A stretch of DNA of 64,000 nt from Leucoraja ocellata. Taxonomy: Eukaryota. The notes under the pieces are model-generated. The model ran no database searches. It had not been told where the DNA came from and worked only from the letters and a program-made list of their open reading frames with translations. Of this stretch, positions 1 to 12,449 are shown one piece after another (position 1 is the first letter of the stretch; each line of letters starts with the position of its first letter). Both the position numbers and the translations under genes were made by a program. Location: assembly GCA_036785375.1 (NCBI GenBank), contig JAWMAR010000175.1, positions 2,914,001 through 2,978,000 of the forward strand. Reading direction: 5' to 3'.

Positions 1-59
1 AGGCAAGATTATGTTAATGGTGCTCTCGTGGTCCAATCAGACACAGAACAGTGTTATTG

Positions 60-282
60 CTGCAACTTTGATATCATATACAGCATGGATACAGGCCCTT
101 CAGCCCAATTCATCCATGCTGACCAAGACGCCCCATCTAAGCTGGAGCCATTTGGTCCATATCCCTCTAAACCTTTCCTATCCATGTACCTGTCCAAGTG
201 TCTTCTAAATGCTGATATAGTATCTGCCTCAACTACCTCCTCTGGCTGCCCATTCCATATACCCACCACCCTCTGAGTGAAA
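60..282 (-). mobile_element. CR1-type LINE 3' fragment
   Basis: WNGQPEEVVEADTISAFRRHLDRYM C-terminal CR1 ORF2 peptide plus 3' UTR. Confidence 0.75.
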
Positions 283-532
283 GATATATGAAAGGATTTT
301 TTTTGATATACTTGCCAGCATCTCTAAATATGGAGCAGGTTGTGTGTTTAATGTTATGGCCATTGTGGAGAGGATCTTGTGTGCTTTTTTTAATCAACTC
401 GAACCTGACCTGTTATCTTCAGGGTTACATGAGCAGATTCTCTGCTCCTCTGCACTTTGCAGCATTCTCAGATTTATAATGTTACCTGTCTGAAGAAGGT
501 TCGCAACCCAAAACGCCATCCGTCCATTCCCT

Positions 533-2615
533 TCAAGAGTCAAGAGTGTTTTATTGTCTTATGTCCCAGATAGAACAATTAAATTCTTGCTTGCTGCAGC
601 ACAACAGAATATGTAAATATAGTACATAGCGGGAGAAAAAAAAAGTTCAGTGTGTGTGTATACACATGCACACGTACTCAATAAACAAACAAAACAATTA
701 TGGTGCAATAATAATAATAGTCTATTGTAGTTCAGAGCTTATTTGTTGTTGTGTTTAATAGCCTGATGGCTGAAGGGAAGAAGCTGTTCCTGAGCCTGGA
801 CGTTACAGTTTTCAGGCTCCTGTACCTTCTTCCCGATGGCAATGGTGAAATGAGTGTGTGGCCAGGATGGTGTGGGTCTCTGATGATATTGGCTGAATTT
901 TTGAAGCGGCGACTTCGATAAATCCCTTCGACGGTGGGGAGGTCAGAGCCGGTGATGGACTGGGCAGTGGACACAACTTTTTGCAGTCTTTTCCGCTCCC
1001 GGACGTTCAAGTTGCCGAACCAGACCATGATTCAACCACTCAATATGCTCTCTACTGTGCACGTGTAGAGGTTCAAGAGAATCCTCTTTGACATACCGAA
1101 TCTCCGTAATCTTCTCAGGAAGTAGAGGCTCTGATGTGCTTTCTTTATAATTGCATCAGTGTGCTGGGCCCAGGAAATATCTTCGGGAATTTGCAACGCC
1201 CAGGAATTTTAAGTTTTTGACTCTCTCCACCATTGTCCCATTGATGTAAACAGGATTGTGGGTCCTCATCCTTCCTCTTCCAAAGTCCACAATCAATTCC
1301 TTGGTTTTGCTGGTGTTGAGAGCCAGGTTGTTGTGCTGACACTATTTGGTCAATCGGTCGATTTCACTTCTATACTATGTCTCATCACCATCTGTAATTC
1401 GTCCCACAACAGTGGCGCGTTGGCAAACTTGATTATGGAGTTTGCACTATGTCTGGCTACACAGTCATGAGTGTAGAGCAGGGGGCTGAGCACACAGCCA
1501 TGAGGTGCTCCTGTGCTAATTGTGACTGACTATGAAGCATTTCTGCCAATTTGAACCGACTGTGGTCTGTGGATGAGGAAGTCGAGGATCCAGTTGAAGA
1601 GGGATGCGCAAGTTCCGTGAGCTTGGTAACCAGCTTTTTTTTTCTTTTTTTTTTTTAAATCAAAAATATTTATTCAAATATTAAAATAGTATTTACAATA
1701 CAATAAAACAAAACACCACCATAATACAAGACGAACAAATATGCTAAGCAACTGCTAAACAACTATATTGCAATCCTTGTCCAGGATACATTCAACCCCC
1801 CTCGGTGCCCAGCAGTCGCGGAACTCCCTCAGGGTGCCCGTAGACAGGGCGTATTCCCTTTCTATACGCACCCGGGCATGGGCGTATCCCCGGAAAAGGG
1901 GCAGGCAGCTTGGAGGGATGATGGTATTAAACGCCGAGCTGTAGTGTATAAACAACAGCCTGGCGCAAATGTTTTTATTGTCCAAGTGGTCCAATGCGGA
2001 GTGGAGAGCCAGTGAGATCACGTCCTCCGTTGACCTGTTGTGGCAGTAGGCAAACTGTAGTGGGTCGAGGTTCTTGTCAAGGTAGGAGTTGATATGCACC
2101 ACAACCAACCTCTCAAAGCATTTCATCACCACAGACGTTAGTGCCACTGGTCGATAGTCATTGAGGCACGTCACCTTGCTCTTCTTGGGCACCGACCGGT
2201 ATTATTGATGGCCTTTTAAAGCAGGTGGGAACCTCAGACCTCAATAATGAGAGGTTGAAAATGTCCACAAAAACTCCAGCCAGTTGGTCTGCACAGGTTT
2301 TGAGAACTCGACCGGGTATACCATCAGGTCCTGGCGCTTTCCGAGGGTTCACCGCCCTGAAGGATCTTCTGAGGTCAGCGTCTGCCTGTGACTGTAATAC
2401 CATCGGGGTGAATGGGGGCTCGGGAAGGCACATCAGTATTCTCCCTATCAAAGCGTGCGTAGAACGCATTGAGCTCGTCAGCGAGTGATGCTTCGCTGTC
2501 GTTTGAGCTGCTTCCTGATTTTGCCTTGTAGGAGGTGATGGCTTTCAAGCCCTGCCACAGTTGCCGAACAGAGCAGGTCCCTTTTGCCCTTTTTGCTGGC
2601 CTTTTTCAAGGTCGT
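533..2615 (-). mobile_element. Rex1/Babar LINE, 5'-truncated and frameshifted, interrupted by a Tx1 insertion
   Basis: RT peptides [42 protein letters not shown] and PSGRRYRSL..SFFPSAIRLLN; (TCTTGAC)-type 3' tail at 533-547. Confidence 0.9.
1637..1905 (-). mobile_element. L1/Tx1-clade LINE 3' end with poly(A) tail, nested in Rex1
   Basis: Peptide [35 protein letters not shown], then AATAAA and an A-tail on the minus strand; CAGCTT duplicated at 1631-1636 and 1906-1911. Clade assignment is from recall. Confidence 0.7.
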
Positions 2616-3101
2616 ATTCACAGATGCTGCCTGACCTTCTGAGTGCTAAAAGCATTTTCAAAATGCCATTCCTCACTTTTTTGCAATAGATACCTTACTT
2701 AAACAAGATTCCTGATTCCTATCCCTGCACTTGATATTTTATTTGTTTTATTTTGCTGAAGAGTTTTATAACGCTGTGTCATTGACTCAACTGCCTGTGT
2801 ATGCATTTAGCTCAATATTAGCACGTTGGGGTGAAAGTGCCACAGGTTCCTGCTGAGTCCCCTTAACTTATGACTCCACAATCAATAGACCAAACTGATT
2901 TCTTTAGACGTGTAAGAATATACCAATGAGATGCTGCCTCAACGTTCAACTATTTGAGCATAACCAGTGGGTTGGTTGATCAATTTGCAAATAAACTTCG
3001 TTTATAACCATTATATTTGTAGAAATTTGTGGAAATAATTGAATGAATTGATCAAATGGATTGTTTTTTGTTTTGTTCAATGTTGTTTTTGCTTTTAACA
3101 G

Positions 3102-3247
3102 AAAATTTGTCGGTAGACTCTGCACTGTCAAACCCCAGTTCCCTGGCATCTCCAGGTCTGGGAATCGAAGGGCTGAGCCGCAGGAGAAAGAAACGCACCA
3201 GCATAGAGACCAATGTTCGAGTGGCCTTAGAAAAGAGTTTCCTGGAG
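3102..3247 (+). CDS. POU2F1: POU2F1/Oct-1 coding exon: POU linker and N-terminal homeodomain ([49 protein letters not shown])
   Basis: Polypyrimidine tract + AG at 3100-3101, donor GTCAGT at 3248; 146 bp (phase 1 to 0). Peptide matches the Oct-1 linker and [10 protein letters not shown] homeodomain start. Upstream exons lie outside the window. Confidence 0.96.
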
Positions 3248-3421
3248 GTCAGTCAATGGTCATGCTGAAAGCATTTTACAATCCCATTTGGGGGCTGTTC
3301 AGTTACTGGCTGCAGCAGTTTCTTGTCATTATACGCATATTTACCAATTTGAGTTTACTTTCTTAATTTGTAATCATTCGTTATTTTGTCGTTAGTCTGC
3401 TTGACAGAGACAAGTACAAGT

Positions 3422-3786
3422 AGTTTAGAAGGATGAGGGGGGACCTTATAGAAACGTATAAAATTATAAAAGGACTGGACAAGCTAGATGCAGGAAAAAT
3501 GTTCCCAATGTTGGGCGAGTCCAGAACCAGGGGCCACAGTCTTAGAATAAAGGGGAGGTCATTTAAGACTGAATTGAGAAAAAACGTTTTCACCCAGAGA
3601 GTTGTGAATTTGTGGAATTCCCTGCCACAGAGGGCAGTGGAGGCCAAGTCACTGAATGGATTTAAGAGAGAGTTAGATAGAGGTCTAGGGGATTGGGGAC
3701 GATCAGCCATGATCGCAATGAATGGCGGTGCTGGCTCGAAGGGCCGAATGGTCTCCTCCTGCACCTATTTTCTATGTATCTATGTT
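3422..3786 (+). mobile_element. CR1/HER1-type LINE 3' fragment
   Basis: RRMRGDLIETYKI...FTQRVVNLWNSLP; ends in a (TTCTATGT)-type tail. Confidence 0.9.
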
Positions 3787-3962
3787 AGTGAGCTTCACTC
3801 CTGCACCACTGTGGCTGTGGTTCTTGGCTTGCTACACCTTATCTGCAGGGAGAAGGTGGACAGAGCATAACTAGTGGATGTGTTGTAGGAGGTGAATCAT
3901 GGTTTGGGCTCTGTGTGAAATGCTGAATCAAGGCTTCTGCTGCTGCCGTGCCCCTTGCTTTC

Positions 3963-4838
3963 TCAAGAGTCAAGAGTCAATTTAATTGTCATTTGGACCC
4001 CTAGAGGTCCAAACGAAATGCCGTTTCTGCAGCCATACATTACACACAAATAGACTCCAGACACAACATAATTACATTTTACATAAACATCCATCACATA
4101 GCTGTGATGGAAGGCCAAAAAAAACTTATCTCTCCACTGCACTCTCCCCCCCCCCCCCCGATGTCAGAGTCAAAGTCAAAGCCCCCGGCTGGCGATGGCG
4201 ATTGTCCCGCGGCCATTGAAGCCACGCCGGGTGGTGCGAGGTCGCACACCGGGTCTTGGTGTTGGAGCCCCCGGTGTGCGCTCGCAAAGTTCCGCGGCCA
4301 TTCCAGCCGCGCAGGGCGGTGTAGTGAGGCCCCGCTCCAGGAGCTCTTCAACCCCGCAACACGGGCGGGAGAAGTCGCCGTTGCAGGAGCCCCGAAAAGC
4401 GGTCTCTCTCCAGGAAGCCGCGGGCTCCCCGGCGCCGCCGTCCGCAGACCCGCAGCAGCAGCCTCCGACTCAGCAGCGGCATCGGCAGCAGCAGCGGCAG
4501 CGGCAGCGGCAGTGCTCCTCCACCGCTCCACCCGCTCCGGTCTCGGCCAGCTCCGCGACGGCGACGGTGAGTAGCACCAGAGTCCCCGGCTTCTTCCTGT
4601 TGGAGGCCGCTCCTCGTTGCGGCCCCAACGACAATGGAAACTTGACGAGAAAAAGGTCGGGTCTCCAGTGCAGGGAGAGATTTAAAAAGTTTCCCCCCCC
4701 CCTCCCACCCCACTCCCATCCCCCCACACACACACCCCAACAAAAAATAACAAAAACTACATTCAAACACAGACAGAAAATAATAAAAACGCGGACAGAC
4801 TGCAGAGGCCGCTGCTGGCCAGAGCCGCGCCGCCTACC
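3963..4838 (-). mobile_element. GC/CpG-rich non-autonomous element with a Rex1-like 3' tail
   Basis: Same tcaagagtcaagagt terminus as the Rex1 copy at 533; CpG-rich body with (GCA)n/(CAGCGG)n repeats; no credible protein. Confidence 0.55.
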
Positions 4839-5844
4839 GGATACAAGCTCATATCAAGTTATTCATCGCATCTGGGCAGTCAGCTGTCTCAGGCCATTAC
4901 TGCTGCTGACAGATTGTTGAGTACAATCATAATTAGCATTATTATAAAAGGGTCCTGTCACAAAATGTCACCTATCAATGTTCTCCAGAGATGCTGCCTG
5001 ACCTGCTGAGTTACTCCAGCACTTTGTGTCTTAATTTGGTATAAGCCAGCATCTACAATACGGTATGCTTGCCTTCATTGGTCGGGGCCTTGAGTATAAT
5101 AGTCAGGAAGTCATGATATAGCTTTAAAGGACTTTGGTTAGGTCGCATTTGTAGTATTGTGTCCATCTCTACTCTGGTATCTTTTTTGGTATTAAACCAG
5201 AATCTGTGTTTCTTATACTACATTATGTTGCCTTTATTAAAATCTGCCGTGAATTCAATATGTAGACAATTTATATTTATTAACCTGTTTTTCTCTGTTA
5301 TGCTCAATTATTGCATTCTTATATACAAAATAGAGTGTTTATTAGTTTACATTCATAGCATGCAAAGATTTAATTGACAAACCAGGTGATTGCATATGAA
5401 AGCAGAATTAATATATCATTCTAAAGTTTCTGCTGACTTCAATCGGATGTTTATTATGCAAAGAAACCCCAAACTACTCCTTGAAGGTTATCAAATCAAA
5501 CAAAAGGGAAATATTGTAGTAGTGTGATTTCTGTTTACTTGAAGCAATGTCTCTCTGCAGGAGCATATCCTACTTACTTAAGCATGGAGAATTAGGGTCT
5601 GTAATCACCAGAGTTAGTACCACATAAAAGATGATTGCTTGAGGGATTTATAGTTGAAGATATCTAGATTTCAGAATTCCCAGCGTCTTGTAGGGATTAA
5701 AATTATGCTTATTGTTTGAAAGTACTTATCAGCAGCATAAAGTTTCAGAAGCATTTGTTTCTCTGCCCTGAACACAGTAAATAAATAGTATTTACTTGTT
5801 TTAATTAATTTTTTTGTATCACGTTCATTGAACGGTACAGCACA

Positions 5845-6290
5845 GGAACTGGCTCTTGCACCCACAATGTTTGTGCCAACTATGATGTCAATTTAAAATG
5901 TACAAATGCCTACATGGTCTATATCTCTCCATTCCGCTCCTCTTCACATGTTTTGTCTTAAACGCCTCTTGAAAGTTGCTATCCTATCTGCTATCATCAC
6001 TTCCCTTGGCAGCATGTTCCACCAACCACTCTCTGTGAGGGGACAACATTGCCTTGTAAATCTATTTTTGTCCATGCCGACCAAAATGCCCCAATACGCT
6101 AGCCCCATTTCCTCACGTTGGGGCCATGTTCCTCTAAACCGTTCCTAAATACCTATCCAAATATGTTTTAATTGGTGTTATCGCACCAGCATCAACTACT
6201 TCCTTTGGCAACTTGTTCCCCATTCCACCACCCTCTGTGTGGAAAAGGTTGCCCCCATTAAATCTTCCTCCTCTCACCTTAAACTTTGAC
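5845..6290 (-). mobile_element. Old CR1-type 3' fragments (two nested pieces)
   Basis: ggcagcatgttccacc..ccactctctg and ccaccaccctctgtgtggaaaag motifs shared with other CR1 3' ends. Confidence 0.55.
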
Positions 6291-6983
6291 TAGTTAGTCT
6301 AAAGTCTCTTTTGTCTTGTATAATATTTAAATTATAATTTAAATCTCTTTTGCCGTTAGCCTATTTTGACCTGTCAACCAGGAACAATCTACAAACAGTT
6401 GCAATGATTGAAATTTCGACTGATTTCAAATTTATTTTCAAAATGGTTTCACATATTAAATTTGAAAAGAAAACAATGGTTTCAATGGGGCACACCACTT
6501 TAAATTCCCCACGTAGCAACTGTGTTTCAAGTGACAATATGTAAACGATTAGTGCCACTTTTGGAATATTGTAGAATTATAATTTAAAAAGATGAATGGG
6601 CCAGAAATCGCTACCATTTTAGTTCTGCACCAAACTGCTGTGATTTATCTCTAAGTGTCAGGAAATTTAACGCAACCTCAAAAATGCACAGATCCCTACC
6701 TTGAGCACTGGAGGAGATCAGTAGGTCAGGAAGCATCTGGGGAGGGAATGGACAGGCAACATTTCAGCTTGGACCATTCTTCAGACTGATAGTTGGGGGG
6801 AGAAGGCTGGAAGAGAAAGGTGGGGGTGGGACAAAGCCTGGCAAGTCTAACATATTGCTTATAGTTCACTGGGGATTTTCTGACTAGCATTGACCATTGA
6901 AGTAGTTATGTTAATGCATTTCATTGTCTCTGTACTGTACACTGACAATGACAATTAAATTGAATCTGAATCTGTTGGGACAA

Positions 6984-7570
6984 CTTCTTCTGCAGTTGTA
7001 TAGGGCTCTGGTGAGACCACATCTGGAGTATTTGATCTCCTAATTTGAGGAAGGACATCCTTGTGATTGAGGCAGTGCAGCGTAGGTTCACGAGATTGAT
7101 CCCTGGGATGGCGGGACTGTCATATGAGGAAAGATTGAAAAGACTAGGCTTGTATTCACTGGAGTTTAGAAGGATGATGGGGGACCTTATAGAAACATAT
7201 AACATTATTAAAGAACTGGACAAGCTAGATACAGGAAAAATGTTCCCAATGTAGGGCGAGTCCAGAACCAGGGAGCCACAGTCTTAGAATAAAGGAGAGG
7301 CCATTTAAGACTGAGGTGAGAAAAAACCTTTTCACCCAGAGAGTTGTGAATTTGTGGAATTCCCTGACACAGAGGGCAGAGGAGGCCAAGTCACTGGATG
7401 GATTTAAGAGAGAGTTAGATAGAGCTCTAGGGACTAGTGGAATCAAGGGATATGGGGAGAAGGCAGGCACGGGTTATTGATTGGGGATGATCAGCCTTAA
7501 TCACAATGAATGGCGGTGCTGGCTCAAAGGGCTGAATGGCCTCCTCCTGCACCTATTTTCTATGTTTCTA
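6984..7570 (+). mobile_element. CR1/HER1-type LINE 3' fragment
   Basis: LRKDILVIEAVQRRFTRLIPGM..LYSLEFRR; 3' tail ttttctatgtttcta. Confidence 0.9.
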
Positions 7571-8031
7571 ACTGCCTGCAATATCTATACCTGTTTATAG
7601 AGAGGAAAAGTCTAGGAGGGAATAAGAAAAGTATTGATTTATTTAAATTTTTGAATTATAACTTATTTTAGGTAAATGTTTTCTCATGTCTATAAATAAT
7701 TCAACCTTTATAAATTTTTTAAGGATTGTTTTTTAACACTTAATATTTTCAGTGTCCGTTGGCAATAGGTGGCCTGCTTTTCGTGTGTTGACAGCACTAT
7801 GTTGGCCAAACCATTGTTGAGAATCACCAAGAAGGCTTCTGGCAGCAAATTGACGCGAGCAGGTTTAGAAAAGTAAGGGTGCACTCAAAAGTTCAGCAGC
7901 ATGCATGGATGAATCACCACGGCAGTAGGATGTGGCTCAGTAAAATAAATCTCTCGTCACCATGCGCTCTACCTAGATAAAGAAACATTGACACGTTGAC
8001 ATTTTCTGAAAAATTGTCTTTTTTGTTTCAG

Positions 8032-8211
8032 AACCAAAAGCCTACCTCGGAGGAGATCATGATGATTGCCGAACAACTGCAGATGGAGAAGGAGGTGATC
8101 AGAGTCTGGTTCTGTAACAGACGCCAGAAGGAGAAGCGGATAAATCCTCCCAGCAGTAACAGTGGCACTACCACAACTACCAAAACAATCTTTCACACCC
8201 CCACCTCCATG
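8032..8211 (+). CDS. POU2F1: POU2F1 coding exon: homeodomain helices 2-3 ([42 protein letters not shown]...PTSM)
   Basis: ttttgtttcAG acceptor, GTAGGA donor at 8212; 180 bp (phase 0/0); POU-homeodomain [11 protein letters not shown] motif. Confidence 0.97.
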
Positions 8212-8444
8212 GTAGGAGAAGATCCATTAAACACTATCCTAGTAAATCTATTGCAGTGTGCCATTTATATTTCTGCTGATCACTAAACCCAATGAGCAAA
8301 ATGTCCTTTATGCAGCTTGGTTCGAATGATGGGTACAAAGGTTTTGATGCGTAGAAAATTGAAATTTTATGCAAGTTTGTGAAACAATTAATGATGCACT
8401 CTGTTGTTGTGATGCAATTTAGTTTGATGCATGTTAGAAGTTTT

Positions 8445-8757
8445 CACTGGTGGGAGAATCTAGGACCAGAGATCATAGCCTCCGAATTAAAGGGTGCTCT
8501 TTTAGAAGGAGGCAAGGAGGAACTTCATTAGTGAAAGGGTAGTTAATCTGTGGAACCCATTACCACAGAGGGCTGTGGAGGCCAAGTCAGTGGATATTTT
8601 TAAGGTAGAGATAGACTAATTCTTGATTAGAACAGTGTCAAGGTTTATGGGGAGAAGGCAGGAAAATGAGATTAGGAGGCAGAGATCAGCCATGATTGAA
8701 TGGCGGAGTAGACTCGATGGGCCGAAAAGGTCAAATTCTACTCCTATACCTTGTGAA
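8445..8757 (+). mobile_element. CR1 3' fragment
   Basis: Similar to the other CR1 3' ends in the window. Confidence 0.75.
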
Positions 8758-10501
8758 CTGTGGAATTTAAAACAATGCATGAAATATGGAGCAAAATTTG
8801 CAAGTAGAAATTCTTAATGTGAATATTGTGCATATATTAACGTGACAGATTGTGGCTAAAATTCTGTGTAGATTGGACTGCTACCAAAGATAGTTTTAGT
8901 GTTGTCAAGCAGCCGTTTAGATAACTGGGATTCCAGTTGTGAATACGTTCTGATTGAAGGTGACTATTGTGTGTGTGTGTGTTAATGTTGGCAATGGTAA
9001 AATATGCATATATGCAGATAATTCTTCTGTTTTCCATCAAACAAGTTGGATACAAAGCAACTGATGGATCAGGCAACACAGTTTGTATTATGCAGACTGC
9101 ATTGGTCATAACATGATTTTGATCGGAACCTAGAAAACCACTTAAAAGCTATTTTGGAAATTGGTAAGCAGAAAAATGCAGTCTTTGGGGCGGGGGGGGG
9201 GGGATCTTTTTGATCACTTTTCAGATACATGCTACAGTGCTTGTTTATCATTTGCAAATTAAATCTTTATACCCAAAACATTTGACACAAATTGAAAATT
9301 AAAGGTTGGATCTCAGAGACAAAGCATTATCCCATTCTTGCTGATCCAAAAGCCTCTATTCTTTGCTAGGTCATTTAGCCATTGAGGTAATTGTGTTTAT
9401 TTTAGTACTGTTGCTGTCAGCAATAAGCCTCTTGTTTATTTGAGTGCAAGTGAATGCATGCAACCGGCCCTGGCTCTTTTGTATGTAGGCTCTTTTTTCA
9501 AAACTCAGTGAAGTAGTTAAAGATGATATGTCCCTACATCGATGCTTGCTGTCTAATTAGCTTGGGTATAATTCACGTTTTGTTTAAATAGATTTCAGTA
9601 GAATAGGATTTTAGCGGTTGCTTTCCTCTGCTTGACATCCCATAGATACATCTTGGCGATAGACAGATGTACCCATCATTCAGCCTGTATTGTAGGCATA
9701 AAGGAGTGGCAGATGCAGGATTAGAAAAAAAAGACACAAGTTGTTGGCGTAACAAAGCGGGTCTGGCAGCATCTCTGGGGAACATGAATAGGTGATGTTT
9801 TGGGTCATGATCTTTCTTCAGGCCATTCCAGACCTGAAACTTAATTTACCATGTTCTCCAGAGATGATGACTGACCTGCTGCGTTATTCCAGCACGATGT
9901 GTCTTTTTTTTTTTTAATGCAGCCCATAGTGCTGCAATTGGTCCAGAAGAGCCACGTCATGGTATTACAGATATTGGAAGTATTTACCCTAAAAGAGTAC
10001 AAAGTGCTGGAGCAACTCGGCAAGCCAGGTTGCATCTCTGGAGAACATGGATAGGATTCTGACTTGAGTCTGTAGAAGGGTCTCAACCAAAAAAAGCACC
10101 TATCCAGGTTCTCCAGAGATGCTGTCTGACTTGATGAATTACTCTAGCATTTTGTATATACCAGCATCTGCAGTTCCTTGTTTCTACATTTTGAAGGATT
10201 TACCTTTTATTTTATAAATGGTTAAACAAATCTTGTGTTGATCTGTAACTAGTTTGGCTGTGATTGATGTCTGTTTGTAGGGCTGGTATTGAGCTGGACA
10301 TGTACAAGAACCTATGGAGGCACACAAACATATAAAGATGCATGCACATGTACACGCAATAAACTGGGTGGGAAAGTCATTGATTGTCACTGTCACTGGC
10401 GTAGAGGTGTGCATTCTGTGCCATCTACACACATGTACTTCTTGTGCTCATCTATTATGCCTAATTGTTACCACAATATTCAAGGGTTACTTGGACAACG
10501 G

Positions 10502-11890
10502 CAGTGCCCTTCATAATGTTTGGGACAAAGACCCAGCATTTATTTATTTGCCTCTGTACTTCACTATTTGAGATTTGTAATAGAATCACATGTGGTTAAA
10601 GTGCACATTGTCAGATTTTAATAAGGGCCATGTTTATACATTTTTGGTTTCACCATGTAGAAATAGCAGTGTTTATACATAGTCCCCCATTTCAGGGCAC
10701 CATAATGTTTGGGACACAGCAATGTCATGTAAATGAAAGTAGTCATGTTTAGTATTTTGTTGCATATCCTTTGCATACAATGACTGCTTGAAGTCTGCGA
10801 TTCATGGACATCACCAGTTGCTGGGTGTCTTCTCTGGTGATGCTCTGCCAGGCCTGGTGATGTATTGCAGCCATATTTAGCTTATGCTTGTTTTGGGGGC
10901 TAGTCCCCTTCAGTTTTCTCTTCAGCATATAAAAGGCATGCTCAATTGGGTTCAGATCGGGTGATTGACTTGGCCACTCAAGAATTGACCATTTTTTAGC
11001 TTTGAAAAACCCTTTGTTGCTTTAGCAGTATGTTTGGGATCATTGTCTTGCTGTAGAATGAACCGCCGGCCAATGAGTTTTGAGGTATTTGTTTGACCGA
11101 GCAGATAGGATGTGTCTATACACTTCAGAATTCATTATGCTACTACCATCAGCAGTTATATCATCAATGATGATAAGTGAGTCAGTACCTTCAGCAGCCA
11201 TACATGCCCAGGCCATAACACCCCCATCACCATGTTTCACAGATGAGGTGGTTTGCTTTGGATCTTGGGCAGTTCCTTCTCTCCTCTATACTTCGCTCTT
11301 GCCTTCATTCTGATATAAGTTAATCTTCGTCTCATCTGTCCACAAGCCCTTTTTTCCAGAACTGTGTTGCTCTTTTAAGTACTTCTTGGCAAACTGTAAC
11401 CTGGCCATCCTATTTTTGCAGCTAACCAGTGGTTGCATCTTGCAGTGTAGCCTCTGTATTTCTGTTCATGAAGTCTCTGCAGACAGTGGTCATTGGCAAA
11501 TCCACACCCGACTCCTGAAGAGTGTTTCTGATCTGTCGGACAGGTGTTTGGGGATTTTTCTTTATTATAGAGAGAATTCTGCTAGTCCCTTTGCGATTAG
11601 TAAGCTCACCAGTGCTCTCTTTCTTTTTAATGATGTTCCAAACAGTTGATTTTGGTAAGCCTAAGGTTTGGCTGATGTCTCCAACAGTTTTATTCTTGTT
11701 TCTTGGTCTCATAATGGCTTCTTGACTTTCATTGACACAACTTTGGTCCTCGTGTTGATAAACAGCAATAAAGTTTCCAAAGGTGATGGAAAGACTGGAG
11801 AAAGACTAGGAGCTGAGAGCTCTCTTATACCTGCACTAATGAGGCAATTAAACACAACTGAGCAATTACATATGCATGTGAAGCCATGGA
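10502..11890 (-). mobile_element. Tc1/mariner transposon (IR/DR type), degenerate, one TIR lost
   Basis: Left end CAGTGCCCTTCATAATGTTTGGGACA with inner repeat CATAATGTTTGGGACA at ~10702; transposase remnants ISQTLGLPKSTVWNIIKK (HTH) and KHGDGGVMAWACMAAEG. Confidence 0.88.
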
Positions 11891-12191
11891 TAGGAAAGCT
11901 TTGGTGGGAGGTGGTGAAAATAACACATTAGGAGCAATTATTTAATATTATTGCTCTCTTTAACCAATGCATACTTTGTGAAATTTAGGGGTTGCCCTTC
12001 AAATTTAAGTGAACATCTATCACCTGGTGGTGATGAAGATCAAATCTGTTTGGCTAATAAAATAATCTTCCAGAAGCGATTACTGTTTTATTGCTGATGC
12101 TATTACCGAGTTATTATCTGATTTTGCTTCTACTCAAAAGATTAATATTATTGTATGTTGCTGAATGTGTGGATGACTTTGTTTTAAACAG

Positions 12192-12300
12192 GTGGCTAGC
12201 ACTAGTAACCTTGTGACAAGCAGTACACCGACTACTCTGGCTGTAAATGCAATGCAGATGCCTGTATCCACTGCTGGTGTGACCAGCTTCAGCATTTCAG
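12192..12300 (+). CDS. POU2F1: POU2F1 coding exon (VASTSNLVTSSTPTTLAVNAMQMPVSTAGVTSFSIS)
   Basis: AG at 12190-12191, GTGAGA donor at 12301; 109 bp (phase 0 to 1); resembles mammalian VATTPSLVTSSAATTL... exon. Confidence 0.9.
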
Positions 12301-12449
12301 GTGAGAAAGTGCCGCTAATCAATTTGTGGTTATGTGATCCCGTTTGTTCTAACATAGTTTTGAATCTTAATCCTTTTTAACAGTAGTATTCAAAATCTGC
12401 GTTCTAAGTACTAATTGGTGCCGTGCTATTAGCGGATTTTTCTTTAAAA

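Noticed and set aside
4094-4920. Long overlapping poly-Ala/Gln/Arg ORFs (145-241 aa)
   Set aside because: They arise from GC-rich, stop-poor repeat sequence; no domain and no splice context.
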